A DNA stretch of 64,000 bases from assembly GCF_963853765.1 (NCBI RefSeq), contig NC_088859.1, forward strand, positions 930,001-994,000, read 5' to 3'. The notes beneath the pieces were generated by a model. That model was not told the DNA's origin, ran no database searches, and saw only the letters and a list, made by a program, of their open reading frames with translations. Shown in pieces: positions 24,901-36,942 of this stretch; the stretch's first letter is position 1; each line of letters opens with the position of its first letter. Source of the stretch: Magallana gigas. Lineage: Eukaryota. Position numbers and translations under genes: made by a program.

Positions 24901-27395
24901 TTGCTGAAAAGAACAGATAATCTCACAAAAGTTGGGTAATGTAAAAAACTGATCGAATATAATGGTCTTATTCAATAGTAAATGCTCCTACAATACAAAT
25001 TAAGAATTTAAGGGTACGTTTGCCTTTTGAAGAAAAAAATTACTGTTTTGGTTGTTTGCCTTTCATTTTGAAACAATAATCTATATTCTATAACATTTTT
25101 ATGTAGATTACTCAATTAAAGCAATGAATCATTAGAGATCAATATGACCCGAATAGGAAATAGCTAATATTCTAAAACTAAATTGACCTAAGTGTCGTAA
25201 GAATTGATGTTATGATGCATTACGAAAAGAGGTGTTTTCTTACAATACAATACATGCAAGTTCTAAATCAGTGTAAAATTAAATAGTATTACATTACAAA
25301 CTACTGTAGTTATTAGCAAACACTTTAGATAAATACTGACCAAGAGTTACAAGTAATTCCAAAATGAAACATTAACAGCCTCTATTACATAGTTTTCTCT
25401 GCATATTCAACTAAATGATGGTCAAAATAATGTAATTTTCTGATGTGTATTTAATCTTGCAGTAGAATATTTCATAAACTTTTTTACACTTGGATAAATT
25501 TACAAATAGTAACCAGTTACTACAGTATTGTAAGTCTTTATATAAACATTGAAATTTAGGATGAAAGCTCACAGATAATAAATTAGACCCAACTGTAGAA
25601 AAAATGATTATTTTCTCTCGACTTATATCTGTTAAATAAATCACCAATTCTTATTCTATCAACAATGGCATGTTGAACTGACTGGAGTAATACATGTAGT
25701 GTGTTAAATCATGTTTGCCTCATCATAAAAATTGGAGAAACAACTGTTCAAATTAACGTTACCTTTTAAAAAATCAACAAACATGTATTATTTAAGAGGG
25801 GTCCATGGTCGTGCCCATTTTTAGACTGTATTGATCTCCTTTAAAAGGAGAGCTCTGTATAAGAATGTAGGAAAATACCTAAATTTAAATGGTAAAAAGA
25901 TTTTTTCTTTACTAAATAATAATTTATAGCTAAATTAGTCATCTCTTAAAATTTTAGACAGATTTGATTGTTATCTTGTTGACCATCCAGCGTCCTAATC
26001 ATATTCTCCACACAGCTTCTTCTTGAATAAAATAGAATACTCATGTGAAATGTGTAGGCTATATTCAAAAACCAATTTTCTAAGAAATTTTGGTACATGT
26101 CTATCAAAATACCTCGTTAACCATGTCCAGGAAGCAGCAAAGGACTTTAAATCTAACTTTCTGCTAAAAAATCGTAGTAGTTTGCCGAAGTAGCGCAGTG
26201 GTCAATGTATTCGCTTCTCACCTCTGCAACCAGTGTTCGATCCCCGTGATTAACAATGTACGTGAAAGGGCATGGTGGTTTCCTCCGGACACTTCGCATT
26301 CCTTCTACATCAATGACCCCCCTCTCGGAGACATCCATGATATTTTTATTTCTTAAGTTGTGGATCTTGTCTATTAATATTATAATCTATAAATTAGATT
26401 GACATTGGATTTAAAGGGAATAAGACATGATGTAATCTCAAAATACAAATTAAAAAAAAAAATAATGTTTAGAATGGATGATATGGGTATTTTAAATGCT
26501 TTGTCAAAATTTGAAAGTTAAATATTGAGTTAAAGGCAAGATACAGAGTTTGGAATTCTTTGCTTTGTAAACAAAGCTCGTGCCTAGTTATTGTTTACGT
26601 TTTATTGGTATAAGTTTCAATCAAATGTTGCTTTCTTCTGTTGATAATATTACCTATGAACACATCGAATCAGTTTACCTTCTTTTCCACGAGACATTTT
26701 GTCAAAGAATTGGTAATTCCATACATTATTTGTAAACAAATAAGTTTACATAACAATGAATTCTTACCTTTGTTTATTTCTCTGACTTGACTTCTAACAT
26801 TTAAATTTTTATCAATCACCCAAAATGCGAAAGTAAATCATTTTATATATAAATTTTTTTTTTATATAAAGTCGTGTCTAAGTTCAAATAATTTACAAGA
26901 TCATAAATAAGATAGAAGGTAGCAATTATACTTTCAAAGTTAGTATGTAATGATCCATATCTAGTGCAGATTAATATCTACATGCAGTGATTAATGACGT
27001 TCTAAATGGTGTTTTTTGTTATTGGGTACGAGTCTTTTGTGGATTATTTTGGTTAGTTATACGTTGTACATTGTTTTAAAAAAAAAATTAATTACCTACA
27101 AAATGCATACCATGAAATGAACATGTCAGTTATGAATATTGGTTAGCTCCCATGAGTACACATAGTATATTGTTTTAGGTACGTCTTTCCAAAGTTTGAC
27201 CTGTGCTGGACGCTGCTTCTGGACATTCGTGTTCGAGTCCCCTGTCCCACCCAGCCCTACATCCAGGCAAACTACGGGAAACAGTGGGACGTTCCGGTCA
27301 AATCCTGGGACTGGAAGAGCAGTGCATTCAACGTCCGACCCAACGGGGTGTGGCCGAAATCAGAATGGAAGGAGGTCATTCAGGTGTATGAATAA
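18916..27395 (+). CDS. FKTN: Fukutin (ribitol-5-phosphate transferase, LicD family), about 437 aa, 8 coding exons
   Basis: Exons 18916-19011 ([26 protein letters not shown], type II anchor), 20173-20202, 20662-20850, 21254-21513, 22172-22434, 23318-23451, 24314-24438 and 27179-27395 keep frame (1314 nt). Motifs [21 protein letters not shown] (DxD), [17 protein letters not shown] and NVRPNGVWP match fukutin. Confidence 0.93.
19524..19890. mobile_element. Interspersed repeat beginning with a ~155-bp palindrome
   Basis: taaggaataaattcaatatttatt...aataaatattgaattcattgctta hairpin. Its ends resemble the hairpin at 43516-43664. Superfamily not determined. Confidence 0.45.
20841..20968 (+). repeat. 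41-42-bp tandem repeat spanning the fukutin exon 3 donor (3 copies)
   Basis: gttgccatg|gtaa... recurs, with GT at 20851, 20893 and 20934. Confidence 0.85.
21476..21969 (+). repeat. 251-bp tandem duplication spanning the fukutin exon 4 donor
   Basis: gacctcagcttc...gatgt|gtaaggg...(GA)n...ctctatactaaaaatga occurs twice, with donors at 21514 and 21765. Confidence 0.9.
22425..22830 (+). repeat. 23-bp minisatellite spanning the fukutin exon 5 donor, about 17 copies
   Basis: Unit gtatgtcagttgtacctgtctag starting at the true donor (22435). Confidence 0.95.
26184..26335 (+). mobile_element. tRNA-derived SINE
   Basis: tRNA-like A and B boxes (tagcgcagtgg; gtgttcgatccc) followed by a SINE central-domain-like ggtttcctccggacacttcgcattcc. 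Confidence 0.65.
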
Positions 27396-28190
27396 ATAAA
27401 TGAGATGTCTGCCATTATAAGAGTGTAATAACATAGATATTTGATAGAATGAAAATTATTGACGACAAACTGATAGCCAAAGAAGTGTTAAGTCAGACAA
27501 AACAAAAAATGTGATAACATGAACCAGTGACATGTTCAGTCAAAATCAAAGTTCAAATGTTTGGAAATTGCGAAACTTTGAATATAATAACTAGATTTGA
27601 TCAGTGAATAATGATTTGTTAAGGGCTATAATGCAATCAAGCAAAAGATTCTCTTTCCCAGATTATGGGAACATTCTTAAGCTACTAGCATGCAAACGTA
27701 GGTCATGCTGATGTTACTAAGCATTTAAGTGAATTGATTTTATGTTAATAAATCAATGTATATTACAAGTAGCTTTATTCTCATATAGATTTACCAGCAG
27801 CCAACAAGAACACATATATTATTGTGTGAATTCAAAGACTCAATTATCTATTCAAAATCAAGTAATGAAATATCACTTCTTAACCATTGATCTCAGCATC
27901 ATCTAACTTTTGGGGGAGCAAGTCAAATCTTTGTGATTGTTCTTTTTATTTCTAGGGTTGCCTTTTAAATATTTCTAATGTATTTGAATTATTATAACTT
28001 CATGGATGTAATCATGATTCTTTGCAAATGTCATTTAAGAATGGATGGATGACGGCTTTATGTGTTATACACATGTACGTTGTATGTATGTAGTTCTATC
28101 TGATTGTGCAATATGGAATAGAAGGTGCTTTCCTAATTACTTTGTACATAAACGGACATACAGAGGAGCTGATAATGATCTTTGTCTTTT

Positions 28191-28459
28191 ACTGACTATG
28201 GTTGTGATAATAAAATCAGGAAGTCTGTATTTTTTCTAGCTTTATAATAAAACTGAACTACTGAGTATGAGTTGTTTTTTTTTAATAGCCTAAAATATAT
28301 AGTATACTGTATATCAAGTACTCAACATTACTGACTATGGTTGTGATAATGAAATCAGGGAGTCTGTATTTTTTTTTCTAGTTTTGTAATAAAACTGAAC
28401 TACTGAGTTAGAGTTGTTTTTTATAGCCTAAATATATAGAATACTGTATATCAAGTACA
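28191..28459 (+). repeat. ~140-bp tandem duplication downstream of the fukutin stop (3' UTR region)
   Basis: actgactatggttgtgataat...tactgtatatcaagtac occurs twice. Confidence 0.85.
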
Positions 28460-28574
28460 CAAAATTTGCGAAAATGGGAAAATGTAAAACTTTTTATGTT
28501 TCCGTCTGTCATTTTTTGCGATTTTAAAGTTTATTGTACCCAAAAATAAAGGATAAGATTTCTGCATACTGAAT

Positions 28575-29460
28575 AATTTGTGGCGTTGAAGTGATTATGC
28601 ATATGTGCGCAGATCAGACTTGATGTTGTTTCTTCGATATTCATTAATGTCACCATTAGCCATAGAAAGGAGAAACACCGTATCCATTAGACTTTCTATT
28701 AGCGATGAAATTTCCTCATTTTTACCTTTTGGATCCTTTCCAACCAGTTTTTCCAGAACATACGCAACCAGTTCAAAAGCCCGGAGAAGAAAGGATTGTG
28801 TGGGGTTATTTTAAAAAATTATTATAAAATATTCTTTGATCTCGTAGTCGTTGATATCTGTCTCAAAATTTCGGGATTAACCCTCGGAGTAGAAAGATAA
28901 CAGTTTTTGGGCTGAGGATTCTTCTCCAATAGATCGGGGGTTTTTTTATAATCATTTTTTTTGTTTGCCGATCGCGAACAATAAATTTCGGAATCTTAGA
29001 AAGCTCTCAATTAAGAGACGGGCCCGTCTTTTCGAAAGATATGAATTTGTCTGAGAGTTTAGACAATATCGAAATAATACCATTTGGCTTACCTTCTTTT
29101 TCTTCAAAATAGTTTCCTTTCTGCAGAGAGATTATCTATTCTCTGTATCATCGTTTGATGATTTTTTTTCTTGGTAGCGGGCTCCTCAGAAAAGGTGTCA
29201 ATTTGCGCATTTGTAGATTTAATTTCTTCAATTACCATAGACTGAAGTTCCTAAAACTGTCTGTGTTGTTATTCGTTCATGAACTTTATCGAATTGCTTA
29301 ACGACTCCGGAACAGATTGCTGTTCCTTAAACGGAGTACTTGTTCTTTTAGGACTTCCGAGATTACTCAAGGCATTCGCCGTTAAAATAGATAGATCCAA
29401 ATGTTCGTCAACTTTCAATTCTTTTGCAAGTCTTTGCAATAACGAATCAGTCATATTTCA
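28575..29460 (-). mobile_element. Decayed DIRS-like (tyrosine-recombinase retrotransposon) gag/ORF1 remnant
   Basis: Broken minus-strand frames read PKNCYLSTPRVNPEI (28920-28861) and LMDTVFLLSMANGDINEYRRNNIKSDL (about 28700-28610). These resemble the P.NC..L..P.VN.EIW and D...LL..AN..IN..RR..IK.DL patterns I recall from metazoan DIRS ORF1. Multiple stops and frameshifts are present. Confidence 0.6.
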
Positions 29461-29639
29461 CAACGCAAAATTCCGCCTGAATTAAATTTCACAATTTCAA
29501 TTATAAAGCACGTGCGCTCGCACTGGGAATAGCAGCAACACTTATCTGGAAACTAGCAAGCATATCTCACGTGACACCACGTGACTGAATGCCGAAGAAG
29601 AATTTCTATTGTTGTAATTCATTTGTTTTGTTCCTTCAG

Positions 29640-29800
29640 GTGCTCGACAGTTATGGGTTGTCGTTCAAAGCTGGGGAAGTAAAACTAGACACTTTTTTCT
29701 ACGAAGAGGGAAATATTATGTGGAATGGAGAAACTGGTGCTAAAACGGGAAAAAAACCCAAGCATGTACCAAATGCTGCCAAAACAGTGGAAAATCTCAA
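29640..29800 (+). pseudogene. Duplicated fukutin exon 7 (copy B)
   Basis: Intact acceptor and open frame [40 protein letters not shown]. The homologous donor is GC; a GT donor lies one 39-bp repeat later. Confidence 0.85.
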
Positions 29801-30235
29801 GTATATATAGGTAAAATGATGCTGAAACGGGAGAAAAAAATACATATCAAGTAATGCTTAAATACGGAGAACGCTCAAGTAAGTATGAAATGTTACTAAA
29901 ACGAGGGGAAATCTTTAGTTTGTACCGAGTGATACAAAAAAGGGTGTAAAACTCAAGTATATATCAAATGATGCTAAAACGAGAGAAAAACTTATGTATG
30001 TATCAAATGATACTAAAATGAGGGGAAAACTCATGTATCAAATGTTGCTAAAACGAGGGAAAAACTCAAGTATGTATAAAGTGATGCTAAAACAGCGAAA
30101 CAACTCATGTAACAATTGATGCTAAACAGAGGGAAAACTCAATTTTATGTCAAGTTAAGCTAAAAATGGGAGAAAAACTCTAGTATATGTGAAATGATGC
30201 TAAAACGGTGGAAAAACTCAACAATTTATCAAATG
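29730..30235 (+). repeat. ~39-bp degenerate tandem array derived from the fukutin exon 7 donor, about 13 copies
   Basis: Unit approximately gatgctaaaacgagggaaaaactcaagtatgtatcaaat. Only 2-3 copies are present at the functional exon (24414-24500). Confidence 0.85.
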
Positions 30236-30329
30236 TGTCAAATGTTTAATACCTTTATCATAACATTTACATGATACACACAAAAAATGTATTTAAACAA
30301 TAAAATGCTTTCTTGTGTAGTTTGATAGT

Positions 30330-32135
30330 TGTTAAACTTGTAGTGTTGACTGAACCACATCATGAATTCTTCTCTTTGTAACAGTTCGTATTTTGTGGAA
30401 TGGATATTGTCTGAGTGACTGTTGGTTTGAGTACAGAACAGCCCTGAGGTTTCCTGTGATCTTTTGACAGATCCCCAGAAGGAGATGTCTCTAGATACGT
30501 AATTTATGTACAGTTCCTGATCATGGTTGACTAGGACCTGTAGCTCATCCAGAGCTGCTTGTGATAATTTCGTATCAATGTGTCTGAAACACAAAAACTC
30601 AAGGAAGTGTAATATTACAAACACTGGAACCGTCTGTTCTTTAGAGAAGACTGTTGTTCTGGTATTTGTTCACTGAAATAACAATTTGTTGTCAAGTGGG
30701 ATATCCATTGCTACAGCCTGTCTCATCTTTGTAGACCAGGACTGTCCCCATACAGCCTCAGTATACCTCTCTCTGTCTAAATGTCTCCTATACATCATAT
30801 ATGGCTGTGCTAACTTGACCTTATTGATATCTATAACAAATAAAGCTTCCCTGTATATAAATGCATTGTGATAATACATGGCAATGTAAAAGATATTAGG
30901 AACAAACCCGAACTTGGCTGATAATTTCAGCATGTGGCAGGTCATTTTGTTTGCATCATAAATCTTTTTGTTGATCTTGATGCCAGTGTCAGTGAACATG
31001 TTGTATAATTGAAAAGCAGTCTTCTGAAGAAGGTGGAATGTATGTTTCTTTATCAATACAACTTGATGGTTTGTCATGGTTGAAACTACCAACTATTCTG
31101 CTGTGAATATGTTTTTCACACTTTTGTGAAGATTTTCTATGTGTAGGTAACCATTACACTTTATCTCAGAGAAAATTTCTACATAATAGTCAACTTCAAT
31201 TTTCATTATGTTTTCATCTATACAGATAGAAAGACTATGTATAGGGCATCACCGATTTAGGACATGATAGAGGAGCTCTTAAACAGACAGGCCAAACCTT
31301 TCTTGTACAATTCATGTTACTGTAGGAACAAACTGTTTTGTGCTGAGCCATGGACCTCTCTCAGAATCAGGTTATTTTTTGATTGAAAAAGGTTAAGACA
31401 GATCCCCTCATACATCCATTAATAGAGAAGTTTAAAGCAGAGGAGAAACTGGCCAGGATAATTTGTGTACACCATTGAGGTAGTGTGTTTTGTTGAATCG
31501 CCCGTAAAATGGTTGTCTTTATGTGATAGGAACACAACAGTTTATTGGCTTTTTCTGATTGCTGATTCATAACTTCTTTTAAGAAAATTTTGACAACCCA
31601 TATGTCAAAATCTTACAATAGCTCATGGCAGACACACATTTATATTCTGCTTTAGAAAAACAAATTCTCCATTCTTCATTTTCATATGGTCCTAATTATG
31701 GGTGTCCTATTGCTACGAAATGGCATCCATTTCTGACAATGCCATTGACAACTCCAGGATCAGGCCATGATTGACATCTGCCTATCCACAAGGTGGCAGA
31801 CGGAGGCCTAAAGTCACAAACAAAACACCACCAGGCATCGTCATACGTAACACCTCCTATTTCACTAGTGTCCATTTAAGGTAGAGGAGTTAGACACTGC
31901 TATTGAAGAAGTCATCTCTCTTATATAGACTCTGTCATTCATTATGACACATGCTGATCGGACTTCTCTGCATGCTGATGGTGTCAGTAACTGAAATAAA
32001 GTGAATCTTGGTGGACTCTCAGAACTGTCATAGAGAATTAAAAATGCATTGGATGAGTTGTAATATTCAGACTGAGACATGTCCATGATCACTCGTTGGT
32101 TAGTTGGCAAGTACATACAGTCCATATATGATGTT
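30330..32135 (-). pseudogene. cGLR pseudogene (5'-truncated, frameshifted)
   Basis: ORF fragments 31865-32125, 31367-31570, 30670-31092 and 30238-30624 are collinear with the intact cGLRs. The GS motif is missing and SDVDFMYW has become SYMDCMYL. Confidence 0.9.
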
Positions 32136-33419
32136 CATGTAATATACGGAATTTCTAATTTAAATTTGAAATTTTGATGAACTGTCGTAGATAGAAAACT
32201 TTTTAAAAAGTGATATTGAAAAATATCTGTAATTAGTTTAATGAAGTGAATTTTACTTATATGTTAAGTGTAAAAAAACTCCATGTTAAAATTAAATTTA
32301 AAGTAAACAATACTTGCAGGACTTTTTTGCTTTATTATAAGTGGTAATTTCCATATCGAGTAAAACTTTTCGTTTGTTATTTTGCTTGCATTTAAGAAGT
32401 ACAGAATTTAATTTCGGTGTTTCTCTCTCTTTCTTGAAGCCTTTTATGCAAAACAAAACTCGTAAACTGTTAAAGCTCAAAATATAATTTGGTGAACCTG
32501 ACGTTTAGAGTCTGCAAAATTGGAAGGAGATAAGACCTATAAAATATATAATTTCGTATTTAAAAACCAAATTCAATGAAATTCTCTTATTTTTGGTACA
32601 TGTGTATTAGAATATAACGTTAACCATGCCAAGGAAGCCGCAAAAGACTCTAAATTTGAAAATCTGCCACTATGCATTTCAATACTATGACTCCAGCAAT
32701 CTGGATTTAAGATAAAAGAAATGGAGGAGGCAGGTTTCTTAGCAATCTTGTGTGGTTTTATTAAGAAGACCTTAAATAGGATAGAAGCAATCATACTTTC
32801 AAAGTTGGAATGTAATGATCCGTATCTTTTGCATACATATATTTACATAGAGATGTCTTTAATGTTTAAGGACAGACGAGACATTCCTCAATTTTATATA
32901 ATTTTCCTTGATAGTTTCTTTCTTATCTATTAACATTTAAACCTGTTTATTCCCAAAAATTCAGGGTATATTAACAGGCTCGTTTCGGTGCTAAAATATT
33001 TCAAATTTTCCTTAAAATAGCTTGCAAAATGCATTTGAATGCTTGTAAGTAAAGTCATACTATATATTTTCAATTGAACACTTTATATCTAAATAAAAAA
33101 AGAATCATATTATATAAAAATATGATTATGAAATTACGAAGTGGAAATCTTCACATTATGGAGATAGGAAAAAATAGAAAAAATGGAAGATAGGTCGAGT
33201 CTGACCTTAAGTGTTTTTTTTAATAATTAAGTAAGAGTCTATTGTGGTTTATTTAGATTTGTTATCCATAGAACATTGTTTTGTGAAATCTTAATTACTG
33301 AGTACTTACAAAATACATACAATTAGATAAAAGTTTGAGAATTTTTCTTTGTAGTTATGAATATACATGTAGGTTGAATCACATAAGTACATATAGTACA
33401 TTATTTTACTTTGTTTTAG

Positions 33420-33625
33420 GTACGTCTTTCCAAAGTTTGGTCTCTGCTGGACGCTGCTTCTGGACATTCGTGTTCGAGTCCCCTGTCCCACATAGCCCTA
33501 CATCCAGGCAAACTACGGGAAACAGTGGGACGTTCTGGTCAAATCCTAGGACTGGAAGAGCAGTGCATTCAACGTCCGACCCAACGGGGTGGGGCCGAAA
33601 TCAGAATGGAAGGAGGTCATTCGGT
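33420..33625 (+). pseudogene. Duplicated fukutin exon 8 (copy B) with a premature stop
   Basis: Near-identical to 27179-27385, but CAG has become TAG at 33493-33495. Sequence homologous to the fukutin 3' UTR follows (about 33660-34450). Confidence 0.9.
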
Positions 33626-35000
33626 CAGTTCAAATGCCTGGAGATTGTGAAGCTTTGAGTATAATGTCTAGATTTGATCAATAAATAATGATTTGTTTAG
33701 CGCTAAAACGCAATTTTGTCGAATCGAAACAAGCAAAAAACATCCTTTTTGAGATCAAGGAAACGTTCTTTATCTTACTGAGGGCATGCAGAGTAGGTCA
33801 AGATGATGTAATTAAGCAGTCAAGTAAATTGATTCAATGTTAATTAATCATTGTATGGCAGATTAACGATGTCTTAAAAATCGGCCACATATAACTATTA
33901 ACCTAGTAATGTATTTTTCAAACTTTATCTATTTCATAGTGATATTACTGTGTGTTAGCTTTAATATAAGTCTTATGAAGTTTACCAGCAGCCAACAAAA
34001 GCACTTGAACTATTGTCTGAATTATGAAACTGAATTATCTTCTCAAAATCAAATAATGTAGAATCAGTTTTGAATTGTTAATCTCAACATTATCACACTG
34101 TTGTATAGGAAATCCAAATCTTCTTTTGTCTAGGACTGTCAGTTAATATTTCTTAATGTATTTAGATCATTATATATTGATGCATGTAATCATGATTATT
34201 TGCAAATATCGTGTAAGAATAGATGGATGACGGTATGTGTGTTATTCATATGTACAATGTATGTACGTTGTTCTATGTGATTGTGCAATATGGATTACAA
34301 GGTGGTGCTCTAATTATTTTGTACATAAACGGACAAACAAACTTACACTAAACTGGTGATGATCTGTTGTTCGTCACTAACATTGTTTGTTATAATGAAA
34401 TCAGGAAGTGTATATTTTTTTCTATATGTGTAATAAAACTGATATCTGAGTTGCACTTGCTTTTTATATAGCCTTAAATATAAACAATAATATATTAGGT
34501 TTTCATACGCCACAGATGTTTTTATTATTCGCATAAAATTGAAATTCTGGGGGTAAACAGTAAAGTGTGTGTGCATGTGTGTGTACGCGTATGCGTGTGT
34601 GTACTTTTGTCTGAAGTAGCAATGCTTTCCTTCATATTTAAGTAATAATGCATTTACTGTAAAGGAGCATATTAATTAAACTTGTATTTCATGAAAAAAG
34701 TAAACATGAACAGAATGAACCTGTAGTAATGAAAATAATAGGAAGAATTGTGGTAAAGATGTGGAGCCAAAATTATGTCACCCACCGCGACCTTATTTTG
34801 GAATTTTATGGCTATGCATACTCAAAACTTTCCATGAACATAACTTGCACACTGAAAAGGTCTTCCTCTACAAGCCTTGTTCTTTGGAGGAAAGTGTTTC
34901 ATGATCAACATTTATCCAAGTTATGAATTTAATTAGTTTATAAAATAATATATTATTGAAGGGGATTCAGTTTGTGTTTTTCCTTGTTTTAGAATTTTAA

Positions 35001-35488
35001 AAGGCATGGTATGATTTTGGTCAATTTTTTTTTTCACGTTTTGAATGTTTACAAGGCTTTAGCAAAGCATTACTATTAGTCAAGTTTGAGTGTCAGTGCT
35101 CGGGTTATAAGCGAGATACAAAGCTTACTATTCCATGTTATGTAAACAAAGCTCAGGTCATGTTTTTGTTTACATTTTGAATGATAAAAAGAAAATCCCA
35201 TGTTTAGTCCTAAAATGAATGTGACAAAAGCTAGGAAATGTTCATTTATGTTTAAAACGAATTACCACGTAAGAAAAATCAGCTTGGAAAAGAACTTTTA
35301 CCGGTACAACTAAAATAAACAAAAATATGGCACGAGCCATGTTTCTATCATGTTTTTATTAAAATTAATTGATAGCTATCACCCTTATAACTCTTTGACT
35401 GACACTCAAATTGATCATAAGAAATGCATTACTTAAACAATAAAAACAATGAAAAAAAAACTTTGTTCACAATCATGACCATGCCCTT
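35001..35488. mobile_element. TTAA-flanked MITE (Kolobok-like)
   Basis: TTAA|aaggcatggtatgatt...aatcatgaccatgccctt|TTAA. A related degraded copy lies at about 26411-26880. Confidence 0.65.
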
Positions 35489-35828
35489 TTAAGTAATTTC
35501 TGTTGAATTTTGACTTTTATAATTTTCTCAGGTTGAAAGATCATAATCATTTAAAAGAAAACATTAAACATTTTGCTTCTTATGAAGAGCACGACGTTTT
35601 ATAAATTTCATTTATTTAAGTGATTTAATAAATAAAAAAATGACACATTTGATACTGTAAAGCAACTAGAAATTTCTATAGTAGGTCATTTTTTTTTAGC
35701 GTTTATTGATTTACAGGTTTTTTATATAAAATCATAATTTCTTTTTATTTATTAGATGAAAAGAAAGAAATATCAAACACAAATATTGTTATTGTTCTCT
35801 TTAAATTCGCTTGATTTATTTCTTTCAG

Positions 35829-35952
35829 GTGTCCGACAGTTATTTGTTGTCTTTCAAAGCTGGAAAAATGAAACAAATTTTGTTCCTATGAGGAGGGAAA
35901 TACCAGGTGGAATGGAGGGACTGATGCTTAAATTAACGAGAGAAAAACTCAA
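35829..35952 (+). pseudogene. Duplicated fukutin exon 7 (copy C), frameshifted
   Basis: ttcag|gtgtccgacagttat...gagaaaaactcaa|gtatgt. Splice sites are retained, but a deletion brings a TGA into frame after 20 codons. Confidence 0.85.
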
Positions 35953-36739
35953 GTATGTATCAAATTTTAGAAACCTTTATTACACAATATACATTATACA
36001 CATAAGGTAATGGGTATGATGCACAAAAACGGAAACTGTTTAAAATAATAAACGAATATAGATTATGTATGTGAACATTTACCTGGGAAAAAAAACCTTT
36101 CTGTATAAAAGTGATAAATTTCATAATAAAAAATAAGTGTTTGAAAAAAACATTTTTATAGAATTATATCAAATACAATGGACCACATATTATAGCAAAA
36201 CACTATTTTATCTGTGATTTCAAAATACTAATGTATGATGTCATGCAAATACTATATTATATATTATATAGCAATTCCAAAATGGAAAACCAAAACAGTA
36301 CAGCATTTTTAGATGCATGTTGTATTCAATTCAATTTCGGTCATTTGTGATGTAAAAAAACTGACGTGTATTAAATTTCTAGTCTATTGAGGTAAATCTA
36401 TATGGAAAATTGCTTTTTGTTGTCAAGGAGTGAGTAGTTAGCTGAAACTAGTCTGAATCATGAATTGTAGAATCATAAAATAAGAAGTGTGTTCATGATA
36501 TTGGATAGGCTTTTTCTTTAAGATGGTGATGTACTCAATTGAAAGGTAACTTAGAATAATGATTGAATTGACGCCCCTCCACGATACATTTGAAAATCTT
36601 CAACATAATACTTATCTCAGAAAAGTATATGAAATGTAAATATATTCGGTATCTTTTGAATGACTTATGGTTAGGTCATAATAAATCACCGAAGTGTCTA
36701 CGGATTTTTCCATTTTCCCGATTGAGACAAAAAGCACAC

Positions 36740-36895
36740 GGCGCGTTTGACCGGTCAGCAGAGGATGTTCACTCCTCCATGACACCTGATCATACCTCTA
36801 ATTTTTACAGAGGTCCGTGTTCGCTCTGTTCTTGTTTTGCAATTCTCCTTTGGACTTTTGATTTTGAACACTGTTTGTTATCACCCCATTTCATT
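36740..36895 (+). mobile_element. Retroposon-derived interspersed repeat just downstream of the cGLR copy 2 stop
   Basis: cacggcgcgtttgaccggtcagcagaggatgttcactcctccatgacacctgatcatacctct...gtccgtgttcgc resembles a common bivalve retroelement tail as I recall it. Confidence 0.5.
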
Positions 36896-36942
36896 CTTAA
36901 ATATTCATGTTTGATGTACTAACTCATTTAGAGGTGTGGGGT

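Noticed and set aside
36590-36922. 110-aa plus-strand ORF
   Set aside because: It runs through a retroposon fragment and AT-rich flank with no protein-like motif.
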